The notes under the pieces: generated by a model
What the model was told of the DNA's origin: nothing
Seen by the model: the letters and a program-made list of their open reading frames with translations, nothing else
Databases searched by the model: none
Shown: piece by piece, positions 26,421-36,670 of the stretch
How positions within the stretch are numbered: position 1 is the first letter of the stretch
Layout: each line of letters starts with the position of its first letter
DNA from: Minutocellus sp. GHC0000111
Taxonomy: Eukaryota
Reading direction: 5' to 3'
Assembly: GCA_977018835.1 (NCBI GenBank)
Contig: OZ361258.1
Span: 4,464,001-4,528,000, forward strand
DNA length: 64,000 bases
Made by a program: the position numbers and the translations under genes

Positions 26421-26615
26421 GCCAAGAAACTTCTATAAGTATAAACGCTAATTTAAACATGAATCAGGTAGATATATATAACAATCAAAGAGTTGGCCTT
26501 TTGCAACAATCATCTAACACCTACTACGTAGCTAGCGCATTCTTTTCCTCATTTGTAATATATATAAATCGAACTACGTAATACGAAAGTGTGGATGGTC
26601 TCGCCATCCAATAAC

Positions 26616-27707
26616 TCATTTCGACAAACTCATGATTCCTCCAGCGACCAAATTTCCCAGCGGAAGTATCACCGCCTTTACCAAGATAGCTAGGAACCCA
26701 ACCAACACTGTCGCTCCAAGACGGGCTGCCTTCTTGTGCTCCGACAGCAAGGTCTCTGGGAACTCCCGACTATCGGGCTTGACCTTGGCGAGTAGTGGTG
26801 CATAGGTTTCCTCTCCCTCACCCTCCTCAACATTCATTGCAGTAAGGGTAGTACGAGCGCAATTCTCGTAGTCAAGGGATTGGACGCAAAGGCTAGCAAT
26901 GTCCTCATACCGAACTGCCGAGACCTTCATATCGCCACCATTGTCGGCCAGGGCAAGGACCTTGCCAGTCGGGATGTTTTCAGGTCCCATAACGCCAGGT
27001 CTCACGATAGTATAGTCAATGTCCTTGCACTTTCTCAGCACCTGTTCACCCTCGTAATTCCATGCCTTGGCCATGCTGCCCAGCATGTTGATCAAGATTG
27101 AGAAGATGCCAAAGGGATCCTCGCCTTTCCCCGTGATCCGCACAATTCGCTTGCAGGTCTTGGATTCGATGCATGCGTCCATCAGATTCTGCACTCCCAC
27201 ATAGTTGATAGAACGGGCGTGATTGGGTTCGGTTTCAGGGTTTAGCGGCGGGCAGAGCGACTTGAGCCCGGTGGGTCGCGCTCCATGCAGAGCTAGGACG
27301 GCAGTGCAGTCCTTGACCAGCGTTTCGAGGCTGTCCTTGTCGTTGATATCTCCCAGCACCAACTCGACGTTTGGTAGAGCCGCAAGATATGCTGCCACCT
27401 GTGCTCCTGTCGCATCCTTGGCAATTGATGGTGTGATGGACGTGTCGGCAATATCCACAGGCTTTCTGATAAGTGCCTTTGTTGGAATGTTCTTGTTATT
27501 GAGCTCAATGATTGCTTGTCTGCCAAGGTGGCCCGTTGTGCCAACAACAGCAACCTTTTTCTGGTCACTGCCGATGCCGGTATCGGATGAGCCAGCCATT
27601 GCTAATGGTTGGATAGAAATATGGTGAGATCCTCTTGCGAATGCGCTAGAACTCGTCGCCAGCGACAAAAGGACGACGGCGAATAGCTTCAACAACAGGG
27701 ACGCCAT
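26616..27707 (-). CDS. NAD(P)H-binding atypical SDR (Rossmann fold) protein, probably plastid-targeted, with C-terminal hydrophobic helix
   Basis: VAVVGTTGHLG, INYVGVQNL and DYTIVRPG motifs; leader SSSA|FAR. Confidence 0.85.
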   Translation of the reverse strand: MASLLLKLFAVVLLSLATSSSAFARGSHHISIQPLAMAGSSDTGIGSDQKKVAVVGTTGHLGRQAIIELNNKNIPTKALIRKPVDIADTSITPSIAKDATGAQVAAYLAALPNVELVLGDINDKDSLETLVKDCTAVLALHGARPTGLKSLCPPLNPETEPNHARSINYVGVQNLMDACIESKTCKRIVRITGKGEDPFGIFSILINMLGSMAKAWNYEGEQVLRKCKDIDYTIVRPGVMGPENIPTGKVLALADNGGDMKVSAVRYEDIASLCVQSLDYENCARTTLTAMNVEEGEGEETYAPLLAKVKPDSREFPETLLSEHKKAARLGATVLVGFLAILVKAVILPLGNLVAGGIMSLSK

Positions 27708-27840
27708 CTTGCTGCGGGAAGTGTGATGATGTGACCTTTCACGTTTTCACGCTTTTTAGTTAGATCGAGAAAATACCAATGACCCAAATTTTAGATGTCA
27801 ACTGCCTGCCTGCGGCGTCTTGCCACAAAGATACGGCACG

Positions 27841-28477
27841 ATGAAAAAAAGAACTGCCGCCACCTTCTTCCTTCACGCCTTTGCCTTCATTACGACCATG
27901 CCCAACGAGAACACCCCCTCCGCCTCCAAATTTGTCGACCGATGGTTTCATTGCTGATAAAGACGGCAACGTCGACTGGTTGAACGACCTCCAAACAAGC
28001 CATCCTCTTCCTGAAGGCTATGATGGAGGATTCGGTGATTTCGTATCATCGGTCGATGCAATAGTCATGGGGCGAACGACCTACGATACTGTCTTGGGAT
28101 TTCTGGAATCTGGCATCGAATGGCCATATGAAACTTTGCCCGTGTTTGTATATACCAGTAACGCAGGTAATGTCAAGATTCCGGACACGTTGTCGAAATA
28201 TGTCAGGGCAGCAACTGGAAGCCCCAAAGAAGTGCTGCAGCTCGTTGCCTCTGCAGTGGATGGAGCAAAAGATGTATACGTGGATGGAGGGCGTACCATT
28301 CGAACCTTTATGGACGAAGGCTTGGTCGGTAGAGCAATAATAACAGTTGTGCCCGTTTCCCTGGGCGACGGAATTCCTCTGCTTGAGCAGAAGCATAAAG
28401 ACAAGCTCAAGGAAATATCGCGAGAGAAGATGCCGAACGGATTCATCCAGGTTGTTTATGATATTTCTGATAAGTAG
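27841..28477 (+). CDS. RibD C-terminal / dihydrofolate-reductase-family protein with disrupted 5' end (~27930)
   Basis: STDGFIADKDGNVDWL, DAIVMGRTTYD, WPY, VYVDGG and VPVSLGDGIPL motifs. The ATGs at 27841 and 27898 are out of frame with the domain. Confidence 0.8.
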
Positions 28478-28699
28478 ATTGGTGGTAATATAATTGAAAA
28501 TGCTATAAGTTGCTTGGCGGAGAAATACGGTAAATGCCATGCGTATGCTAGTGGATAAAACAGCACACCTGACTGGCTAACTGGGCCGGTGATACAAGTA
28601 GTAGTACATGTAGTATATATTCCTGTACGAGTTCGTAGATGCATAAGAATTGTACCCACAGATTACATAGTACCAATGGTACTACATGAAGTAACAACA

Positions 28700-29290
28700 A
28701 AAGACTACAAACTTCATGTACATCTCTAGCCAGCATACATGTAGTACAGTCCTGTACTGTTTGATCTTCATCAACACGAAAAGCTCCGTTTCTATTTATT
28801 TGATCTCTGGCCACTGCATGTTCTATTGGCATTTTCGTTGTTTCTTCATGTACCAATCTCGAGGGGGCTCTGGGAGAAGGATACGAGGGAACTGGGTTAA
28901 CGGGCCGATGGTGCATGTAATCTCCATCGCGAAGATAGCCATAAGCGGCATCTGCCGGTACAACATCGGTGGCAAAAAAAGCCGATTGCCAAACGTCTAG
29001 CCTTGATTTGCTTGTCAAGGAGCCACCTTTGAACACCACGGTCGGATTTTAGTGGTATTGTAGGTAACCATGCCCTGCGACAAATCGTTCAGTGATTGCA
29101 GATTCCATCTCCGAGAAGAAGAGATACGGGGAAGCTTGCTTCGATGGCAGCGGCACTCGTTGAAGCTCTCTCGGAAGAAGTAGTTGATACAGAAAGTAGA
29201 GAGGCATCTTCATCAGAATGTTCCCCGATGCTGGAAGAATCATTGCGCCGTCCTCTACGTGGTGTGTGCGCGCTTGCATTCATCATTGAA
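28700..29290 (-). pseudogene. Possible decayed coding fragment of unknown family
   Basis: Short protein-like stretches in alternating minus frames (e.g. GEHSDEDASLLSVSTTSS; RLFLPPMLYRQMPLMAIFAME) broken by stops. Confidence 0.25.
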
Positions 29291-29569
29291 ACCTGCTCGT
29301 TGTTTTGTGAATGATCATTCGGAACGAACGAAACCACATCCCGAGAGAGAAGCTGCGTACTACGTAGTACCTAGCTACAGTACGTAGCTAGCAGCATGCA
29401 TGTTCTGTGATTTCTGCATGGTGTTGGGCGGGCGTGCCAGCTACGTAGCTACGTACTAGTAGCTGCCCTTTTCGCTGGCCGCCGCGCCACGTGCGCCACA
29501 AATGTCAGAACAGAAAAGGCATGGCACGCACATTGCAAATTCCTGCATGGGCCTACGACTGCGTAGATT

Positions 29570-30053
29570 CTGAAATCTACTCTAGCCTTCAGAAACCGTG
29601 ATGTGAAAGGACGAATGACGTCTTATCTGATCGTTACGTCCCCGTTGTGATGATGCAGTCCTTCGTCACGTCAACGGACTTCCCCGCTGAAGAGTGACCT
29701 GCGTCCCGTTCTTCTTTCACCGAAATCTGAAATCTGAAATCTACTCTAGCCTTCAGAAACCGTGATGTGAAAGGACGAATGACGTCTTATCTGATCGTTA
29801 CGTCCCCGTTGTGATGATGCAGTCCTTCGTCACGTCAACGGACTTCCCCGCTGAAGAGTGACCTGCGTCCCGTTCTTCTTTCACCGAAATCTGAAATCTG
29901 AAATCTACTCTAGCCTTCAGAAACCGTGATGTGAAAGGACGAATGACGTCTTATCTGATCGTTACGTCCCCGTTGTGATGATGCAGTCCTTCGTCACGTC
30001 AACGGACTTCCCCGCTGAAGAGTGACCTGCGTCCCGTTCTTCTTTCACCGAAA
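29570..30053. repeat. Tandem array of ~3 identical 164-bp units with (GAAATCT)x3 at the junctions
   Basis: TGAAATCTACTCTAGCCTTCAGAAACCG starts at 29571, 29735 and 29899; no differences between copies seen by eye. Confidence 0.97.
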
Positions 30054-30080
30054 AATGGAAAGCAAGCCTACTACATTTAG

Positions 30081-31672
30081 ACTACTAGCTGAGCTAGAAT
30101 GCCAAAAGGTACCCGGAAACGGCTGATTTTCGGCTGATCGCGTTTTGAACGCCACGAAAATACCGGCAATCGACGCATCTCGACTGGCCGATCATGCCGA
30201 TGTATCGCAAGCCATGCTTTGTAAATGTCATTCTCGCTTTTCAATCTTGGAATCGGGATTTGTTTGGACAGATGGATGTTGACAGGAGTTTGGTTCCTCC
30301 GAGTAGTGCCTGCTCCACTTTTTGAGCCATGGGCAAGCAACGCACGGGCAGGAAGGCGTACTCTTCTATTGAGGGCGTCGAACACCGCATTTGGCGGCGC
30401 AACAAACAGGGATCAAATTGGGTGTTCAAGACGGAGGCGACCAAGGCTTGGCAGGAGGGGAGGGGAGGGCCGGCGTAGATCTACTTAGTAAAAACACATA
30501 AGTAGATCTACTTATATTTTTTAGATCTAGACTTATGCATTGTACATGTACAACATATTTGTAGCAAAGAATGCCGCTAGTACACACATACATAATTTGT
30601 TATTTTTTTGGATCTATGCGTCTGCCGATAGACCGTCTTCGTAAAGGGAGAGGCATGTTTCAAAATACGACAGTTGGCCGCCTCGAGTAAACTTTTCCTC
30701 ACCACCATATTTATCCTTTGCATGTGCCCTGCCTACTTTTTTAATATTGTCAAGACTGTCTTTGCCACCGGGGATGCGAAGATCATTTTTGGCCACATAG
30801 TACTGCAGAAGCCGAGAATTGAAAGTAGAGTCCTTCGAAAACTTGCTTTTGTCCCAGCGTCTCATAGGAGAGTACACCTGCTCCGTTTTCTCACAGACAA
30901 CCTTTTCCTCAAAATACTCAATATATTTTGCTCTGTTGCTTCCGCCACCCTCTTTTCTAATTTTTGGAACATGTCCATTGGGCTGCCACAGAGCTGCCGG
31001 TGGTTCCTGCTCATGCAGAGGCGGCGGTTCCGGATCCTCCGCCACTGGCGCTGCAGTACCGGTAGTAGCGGCCGCGGCCGCAGGAAGGTCCCCCGCCGGA
31101 GGGAAAGATGCAGAGGGGTCATTGTAGCACAGCCCCTCAGTGAGTTCACGGTAGTTCTTTTGGCGGAGCTCCTCAGCTTGCGCTGCGGTCTTGGCGTAGA
31201 TGAGCCGGTCGCGAAGGTTGTTGACGTCCGTTACCATTGCATCGAAGTAAAATGTATTATTTTTCTTCTTCTTGCTCCCGCTCAAAGAGAACTCGACGTC
31301 CGGGACGGCTCGCTCGAGACACTTTACGACGGCGTCCGTGTCACGAAGGATGTTGGCGCGAATGGGACGGGCGTGCTGACGCACGTTGCGGTTGTCGCCG
31401 CGACCAACAGGCGCGGATCGTCGAGGAGAAGAGGACATCGGGTGCCTACAAGTAGCGACTATTGTGTTGTGCTCTTTTTGCTTTTTATGGAGCTCGCGCG
31501 TACCTAGGTACGCGTGCGGGTTGCAGACGCGGGAGTGACGGTGTCGATTTCAATCAGCCGATTCTTGGGTCATGGGTACCGTTTCGCTTGCTTCGCCCGC
31601 GTTGTCGGTCGGCTGATTAATCAGCTGATTTTTTCAGAAATCAGCTGATTTCGGCTTTCTGGCCAGGTAGTT
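30081..31672. mobile_element. Putative non-autonomous DNA element with imperfect inverted ends and subterminal GCTGAT motifs
   Basis: Left GCTAGAATGCCAAAA (30093) vs reverse complement of right end GCCAGAAAGCCGAAA (12/15). Left GCCAAAAGGTACCC..TCGGCTGAT mirrors GCGAAACGGTACCC..TCGGCTGAT (reverse complement of ~31554-31587). Confidence 0.45.
30614..31438 (-). CDS. Orphan 274-aa protein inside the putative element
   Basis: Intact ATG-to-stop ORF with two globular-looking halves joined by an Ala/Pro linker, and a KKKK run. Confidence 0.55.
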   Translation of the reverse strand: MSSSPRRSAPVGRGDNRNVRQHARPIRANILRDTDAVVKCLERAVPDVEFSLSGSKKKKNNTFYFDAMVTDVNNLRDRLIYAKTAAQAEELRQKNYRELTEGLCYNDPSASFPPAGDLPAAAAATTGTAAPVAEDPEPPPLHEQEPPAALWQPNGHVPKIRKEGGGSNRAKYIEYFEEKVVCEKTEQVYSPMRRWDKSKFSKDSTFNSRLLQYYVAKNDLRIPGGKDSLDNIKKVGRAHAKDKYGGEEKFTRGGQLSYFETCLSLYEDGLSADA

Positions 31673-31797
31673 TGCTTTTTTTCAGCGTGGTGGGCGTACA
31701 GATAGAGTACCTCTCTCAAAGATCCCTCAAGTACAGGCCTGTAACCACGCAAGGGAAGCTAAGCGTTGCTACAACCCACTGATTTGATACGGTCAAC

Positions 31798-34700
31798 ATG
31801 TCCCATCACGTTTGCATACCAGCCCTCAGCACCGCTTCGTCTGATGGTGAAAAGTCCGTAGTTGCCGCCCTCTGCTCGCCTCCGAGCGGGCGTTTCCTCG
31901 GGCACATCACATACAAAGGCAGCTTATCTCGTCATGATGGGGACGATAATGGCTCGTCACCGACGGTCGAGGCCAGCGTGCTGCGTTCGAGTAGTTTGCT
32001 TCCCACTCCATTTGCTAATGATACGACTGAAAATGTAATTGGTGGCAGTGGTGAACAGTCAGCGTCCACTTGTGGGAATGACGAACCCGAACAGCCTGCC
32101 TCGAAGCCGACGGCTATTGCTTGCCTGGACTTATCCGATCGCAGGTGTACCGGTAGGAAGAGTGGCGCCACCAAGGGATATCACCGATTTGATCGCATGC
32201 TGTCTTCTCTGAACAAGAAGAATGGCTCGGCCTCGTCCACATCGTTGTCATCGACACACCATTCTTCCGTGCATGGTGATACACTTGGTGACGATGCCGA
32301 TTCGGCTCTTCTTGCTGTCGGTCACGACGATGGGAGCGTGTCCATCCGCCTTCTGCTCGGACCAACGCCTGAACCGGACGATGTTGCGGGTATGCCGGGT
32401 GCTGGCACAGATGTGGACTCGGCGGAATCTACCTCGGCGCATGAGTCTGTGCTGATAGCTTCAACCAGAGATTGCGTTTCGTTGCTTGGCGGGCCGCCGT
32501 CATGTTCGATTGTCGACCTGGCGTTTTTACCAATCTCCACGAAGAAGGCTGCAGCGGATACTAACATCGAGATAGTGGCGCTGACCAAGGGCGGAAAATT
32601 AGTCCTTTCGGTTCTTTCGACCCAAGACGAAGAGAAAGGCAGCGATGACAGCAATCAAAGCCTTGCCAGGGGCCGCTGGAACGATAGGAGTGACATCGAC
32701 CTTGCCGCTTCAGCCAACGCGAAAACGATTGTGCCAAAGTTCAATCTTGCCATTCGTTCCATTGTAGGCGTCTCCAAGAATTCAGATTCTGACATAACTG
32801 GTGCACTTGCTGTCGGTCAGACAGGTAATGGTGTCATATATGTGGCCATCGGCATCGAGAGAGGGGTGCTTATCCTTAGACCTTCATCAGCGACCGCTTA
32901 TGTCGATGACGGAACTCAATATGTATGGGGTTGGCATTGCGTGGCATCCATCGATCTACCCAGCCCAGCAACTTCGCTCGATTTTTCAACGGTCGGTACC
33001 TGTGTTGTTGGATATGGTGATGCCCCTGTGGTGCTTTGCGCCGGCCAAGCTGACGGGGAGGTAGCACTGTTGGACGCGACCGCTGCATCGGGGTTGGATG
33101 AATCGAAAGAGGATGGCGGCACTCCGACATTTCAGCCGTTTTACTTCATTGAGCCCGCCGAACTTGTTTCTGCACCTGGTGTCGATGAAAGTACTTTCGC
33201 GCCAATAACATCCGTGGTCTGTCATCGAGACTGGACAAAGCAGGGCGCTGGTCGGCTTTTGATTGCAATAGCATCTGGCGCGATACTCCGCATTATGGAT
33301 GGATCGGCGTTTCAAGTGATTTATCAATATGACTTTGGGCGACAAATCAATGACATTGCCTTTGCTCTCGACAAAACTGGAGCGCCTCGAGTGGTCGTTG
33401 CAAAAGAGGATGGAAAGTCCGTCCTCGTTGGGTTGAGAACGTGGGGATTATTACTAGAGGGCAGCCAATTCCTGAAGTTGCATGAGAAATTCCACCCATC
33501 TTCGGTTCCAACTCCATTTGTTCGGCGCTCATCAACGGGAAAAATTTACAATGACGAGTCCGCCATGTGCATACAGTGGGGACCAGATGAATACCTCTTT
33601 GAAGCAAGTGGAAGTCAGGTACTAGTATATAATTCTTCATGCTGGAACTATGATGCGCCGCCCCACGCCTCTTCAGTCAATCCGACCGCCTCGATTCGTT
33701 TCAGCGAAGAGGAAAAGGACATTGTCAGGACGATCTCAGTTTCTAAGGATGGCAAATTTATTGCTGCATCAGTTGAGAAATATTCTGGTGGTTTTGAACT
33801 ATGTATCTACAAAAGACCACAGGACAATGAAAAAGACGGGGAATTGATTCTTCCAAAGCACTGCCGATTTGCTTCGAATATTACAAGCCTGTCTTATTCG
33901 CCGGATTCCAAATATCTCTGTATCGCAACACTTTATTCATGTGCTGTTTTTGCAGTAGACAGTGAAAACGGCATATCGGATGAACCTCTGAAAAAGTTTG
34001 ATGTTGGGAGAGACACTGCAACCTGGTCTTCCGATGGAAAGTACCTCGCAATTGGCAAATGGTCGAATGTTCTACTAGCAGCGGCGTCCGATGATTTCGA
34101 TGAAGTTTGTTCCATTGATGTCGGCATAGACGAAACACATCGAATCACCTGCCTTTCATTTGACTTCTCCGGAAATCATCTCTTGATTGGCTGCTCCGAT
34201 GATTCTATTTGTTTCGCAGAAGAAGACGCAAATGATGGTCCTGGCTGGTCAATCGTCGGAAGTATCTGTCATCCAAATCAAGTAACGACAATTTGCTGCT
34301 CGCCCGACCCTTCCTCGTCGCTCTTTTCAGTTTTGGGAAGAGATGAAAAATGCTACATCTATAGCAAAGCAAGCCGCACTATTTTGCAAGTTATACATGG
34401 AGAGGGACCTTTTTCTGCCGTATCATTCCATCCGAGTGGATCAATGCTTGCCCTTTCGGGTGAGACTTCGCTGGATTCTGAGAAATTGCGTGGCGACGTA
34501 CTCCTTGTCAGAGTTGGAGAAATTTTGAACCCCCTGTGGTATCCTCTTCAATCATCTCGGGGCGACATCAGTTCTGATGCGATTCTCCAGAAATTGAATG
34601 CGCTGTCGGAAATAGATAGGCAGCAACTCCTTTACCACAACGGGTTGGATGGCGTTTGGCCATTTGCGAATCGCATCAAGGTAGCGCTGGAAGTTCAAAG

Positions 34701-36620
34701 AAAGAAGAAGCAAATGGCAAAACGAGGCTCTACTCGGAGAGGAATACTGCCGCCAAGAGAAGAAGTCACATCGATTTTGGCTGATGTACTTGACCAGTTC
34801 CCACGATCGGTTTTCGCTACCAGAGGCTCCAATGGGAAATCTGTGTTTGATATTGCAATTGAGATGGACGATCCGAGGTTGTTGAAACAACTCTTCTATT
34901 CTGCCCTTGTTGCCTGCAGAGCGCATTCGCACTTAATGATTAACGATGATCTTCGAAGTGGATACCTCACGAGACTGCTAACCCTGAGCTCAAATGAATA
35001 CCCCGAAGTTTGCATGGATATCGTCCATCAGATGGTTCTATGGCCAGTACCAACTCTTGAATTGCTGGAAACTTGGAAGATTCAGGGCGGTGAGCCTCTC
35101 TATCAGGTTGGCTCGTCTCCAACATCTCAAGAAATATTTGATAGATCTATTCAACCTTTCGAATATGGGGCTCTATCAAGACCGATGGTTCTTCCGTTAC
35201 CTGGCGTATGCTCTTTGCCGTTCTTATCAGCGGTAGTCAGTAAAGTGCCTGTTGAAGTCTTCAACCACGATATCCTTGGTCTAATTCTGGATGAGCTGTG
35301 GTTCAATGGTACCCGCACAATCTTTCTCGTTGATTTTCTGTGCTTCCTACTATTGTTTGCGTCCTCGAGCGCACTGTTCGTCTTACATGCTGCTGCAACG
35401 AAATCAGAAGACGACGATATGACTTGCTACTGGAACAATTCAGAGATGCAAATTCTCGGCCTTTGTCTTGCGGTGTTTACCTTGAATGTTCTTTTCGGTG
35501 TGAGGGAACTAAGGTGAGTTTGACTCTTTCATTTTGTGACATTTGCTCACGTCCTGGCAAAATGTTGCGCTAATACATTGATCATTATTCATCATGTTTT
35601 AAACTTTCTATTTCAACAGACAATTGCAATCAAGCGGAGACGATTTATTGGACTCTATCTGGGGTACGGTTGGAGGAGCGACCCAGCAATTACTGGAGGA
35701 AGGCACAACTTTCCTCGAGACAAAGAATCGCATGAGAAAATGGGCTGGCATATCGAGCCAACTGGGGCAGCATGTGGACGATCTATGGAATGCAGTTGAC
35801 CTCTTGACATGGTGTATGATAAACGCGACGCTTGCCATAATTTTATGGGACGGCCCATTTGCTGTTGAAATCACCGTCATCACAAGTTTCTTATTGCTAC
35901 TCAAATTATTGAGTTACTTGAGAGGTTTCGATGACTGTGGCTGGCTCCTTGTTGTCCTTTATGCGCAATTTAAAGGGGCTCAAGGGTGAGAAGATTGAAG
36001 ATTGTACGGGGAAGGCGGCGTCGTTCCTTTGTCTTGTTCATTTTATCTTTTGTACTCACTTTACATTTACTCAAATTTCATTATAAAATACAATCGCTTT
36101 CTCTCTCCACCAATCAAACCCCTTTGTCAGATTCATCGTTGTTATTGGAACCATTCTTCTTGGATTTGCGGTGTGCTTTCGAGTTCTCCTGGGCCAGAAC
36201 AACGAAGATTTTGCATCTTTCGGTACTGCTCTCTTTTCCATGTTTGATGTTGGTGTTCTTGGAGACTTTGGTCGGTCGGCATTCAAAGATTCTGAGAACC
36301 CGATCTTGACCATGGCGCTCTTCATCATACTTCTTGTTGTTGTGTTGATTGTTGCCATGTCAGGATTTGTCCTTATCTTGGAGTCATCTCTAGAGGACGT
36401 AAGAGAAAACGAGGAGGCCAACAGGAAATATCAGAGAGCAAGAATTATTATCGACTACATGAAACTATTGAGTTCAAAATCGCGGGCGCGCCTTTTGGGA
36501 CAGAGGAAGTTTTTCTTTGCACTCGTTCCTGTAGACCACGAAGACGCCATAGGGGCGGACGTCTCGAAGGAATCCTTTATCAAGAGGAAGAGGATGTGGA
36601 GGAAAACGATTACCAGTTGA
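31798..36620 (+). CDS. WD40/beta-propeller protein fused to a TRP-like cation-channel domain; introns 35514-35619 and 35986-36130
   Basis: WD-type blades (ITSLSYSPDSKYL, ITCLSFDFSGNHL, SAVSFHPSGSMLA), then multiple TM helices, LLSYLRGF..GWL, pore helix FASFGTALFSMF and TRP-box-like RKYQRARII. Confidence 0.8.
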
Positions 36621-36670
36621 TAAAGTCAATGAAGTATGGAAGTGGTACATAGCAATGGTTCATTTAGTGT

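Noticed and set aside
29668..29740. Hammerhead ribozyme (CTGAAGA..GTGA/TCAC..CGAAA)
   Set aside because: Stem II is offset by one base, and stems I and III cannot be paired convincingly around a UH site
29570..30053. CRISPR array (TCTAC/GTAGA hairpin recalls Cas12a repeats)
   Set aside because: Units are wholly identical with no variable spacers, no cas genes are present, and the context is eukaryotic
30614..31438. Fanzor/TnpB or Crypton recombinase
   Set aside because: No RuvC, Zn-finger or R-H-R-Y motifs are visible, and the ORF is too short
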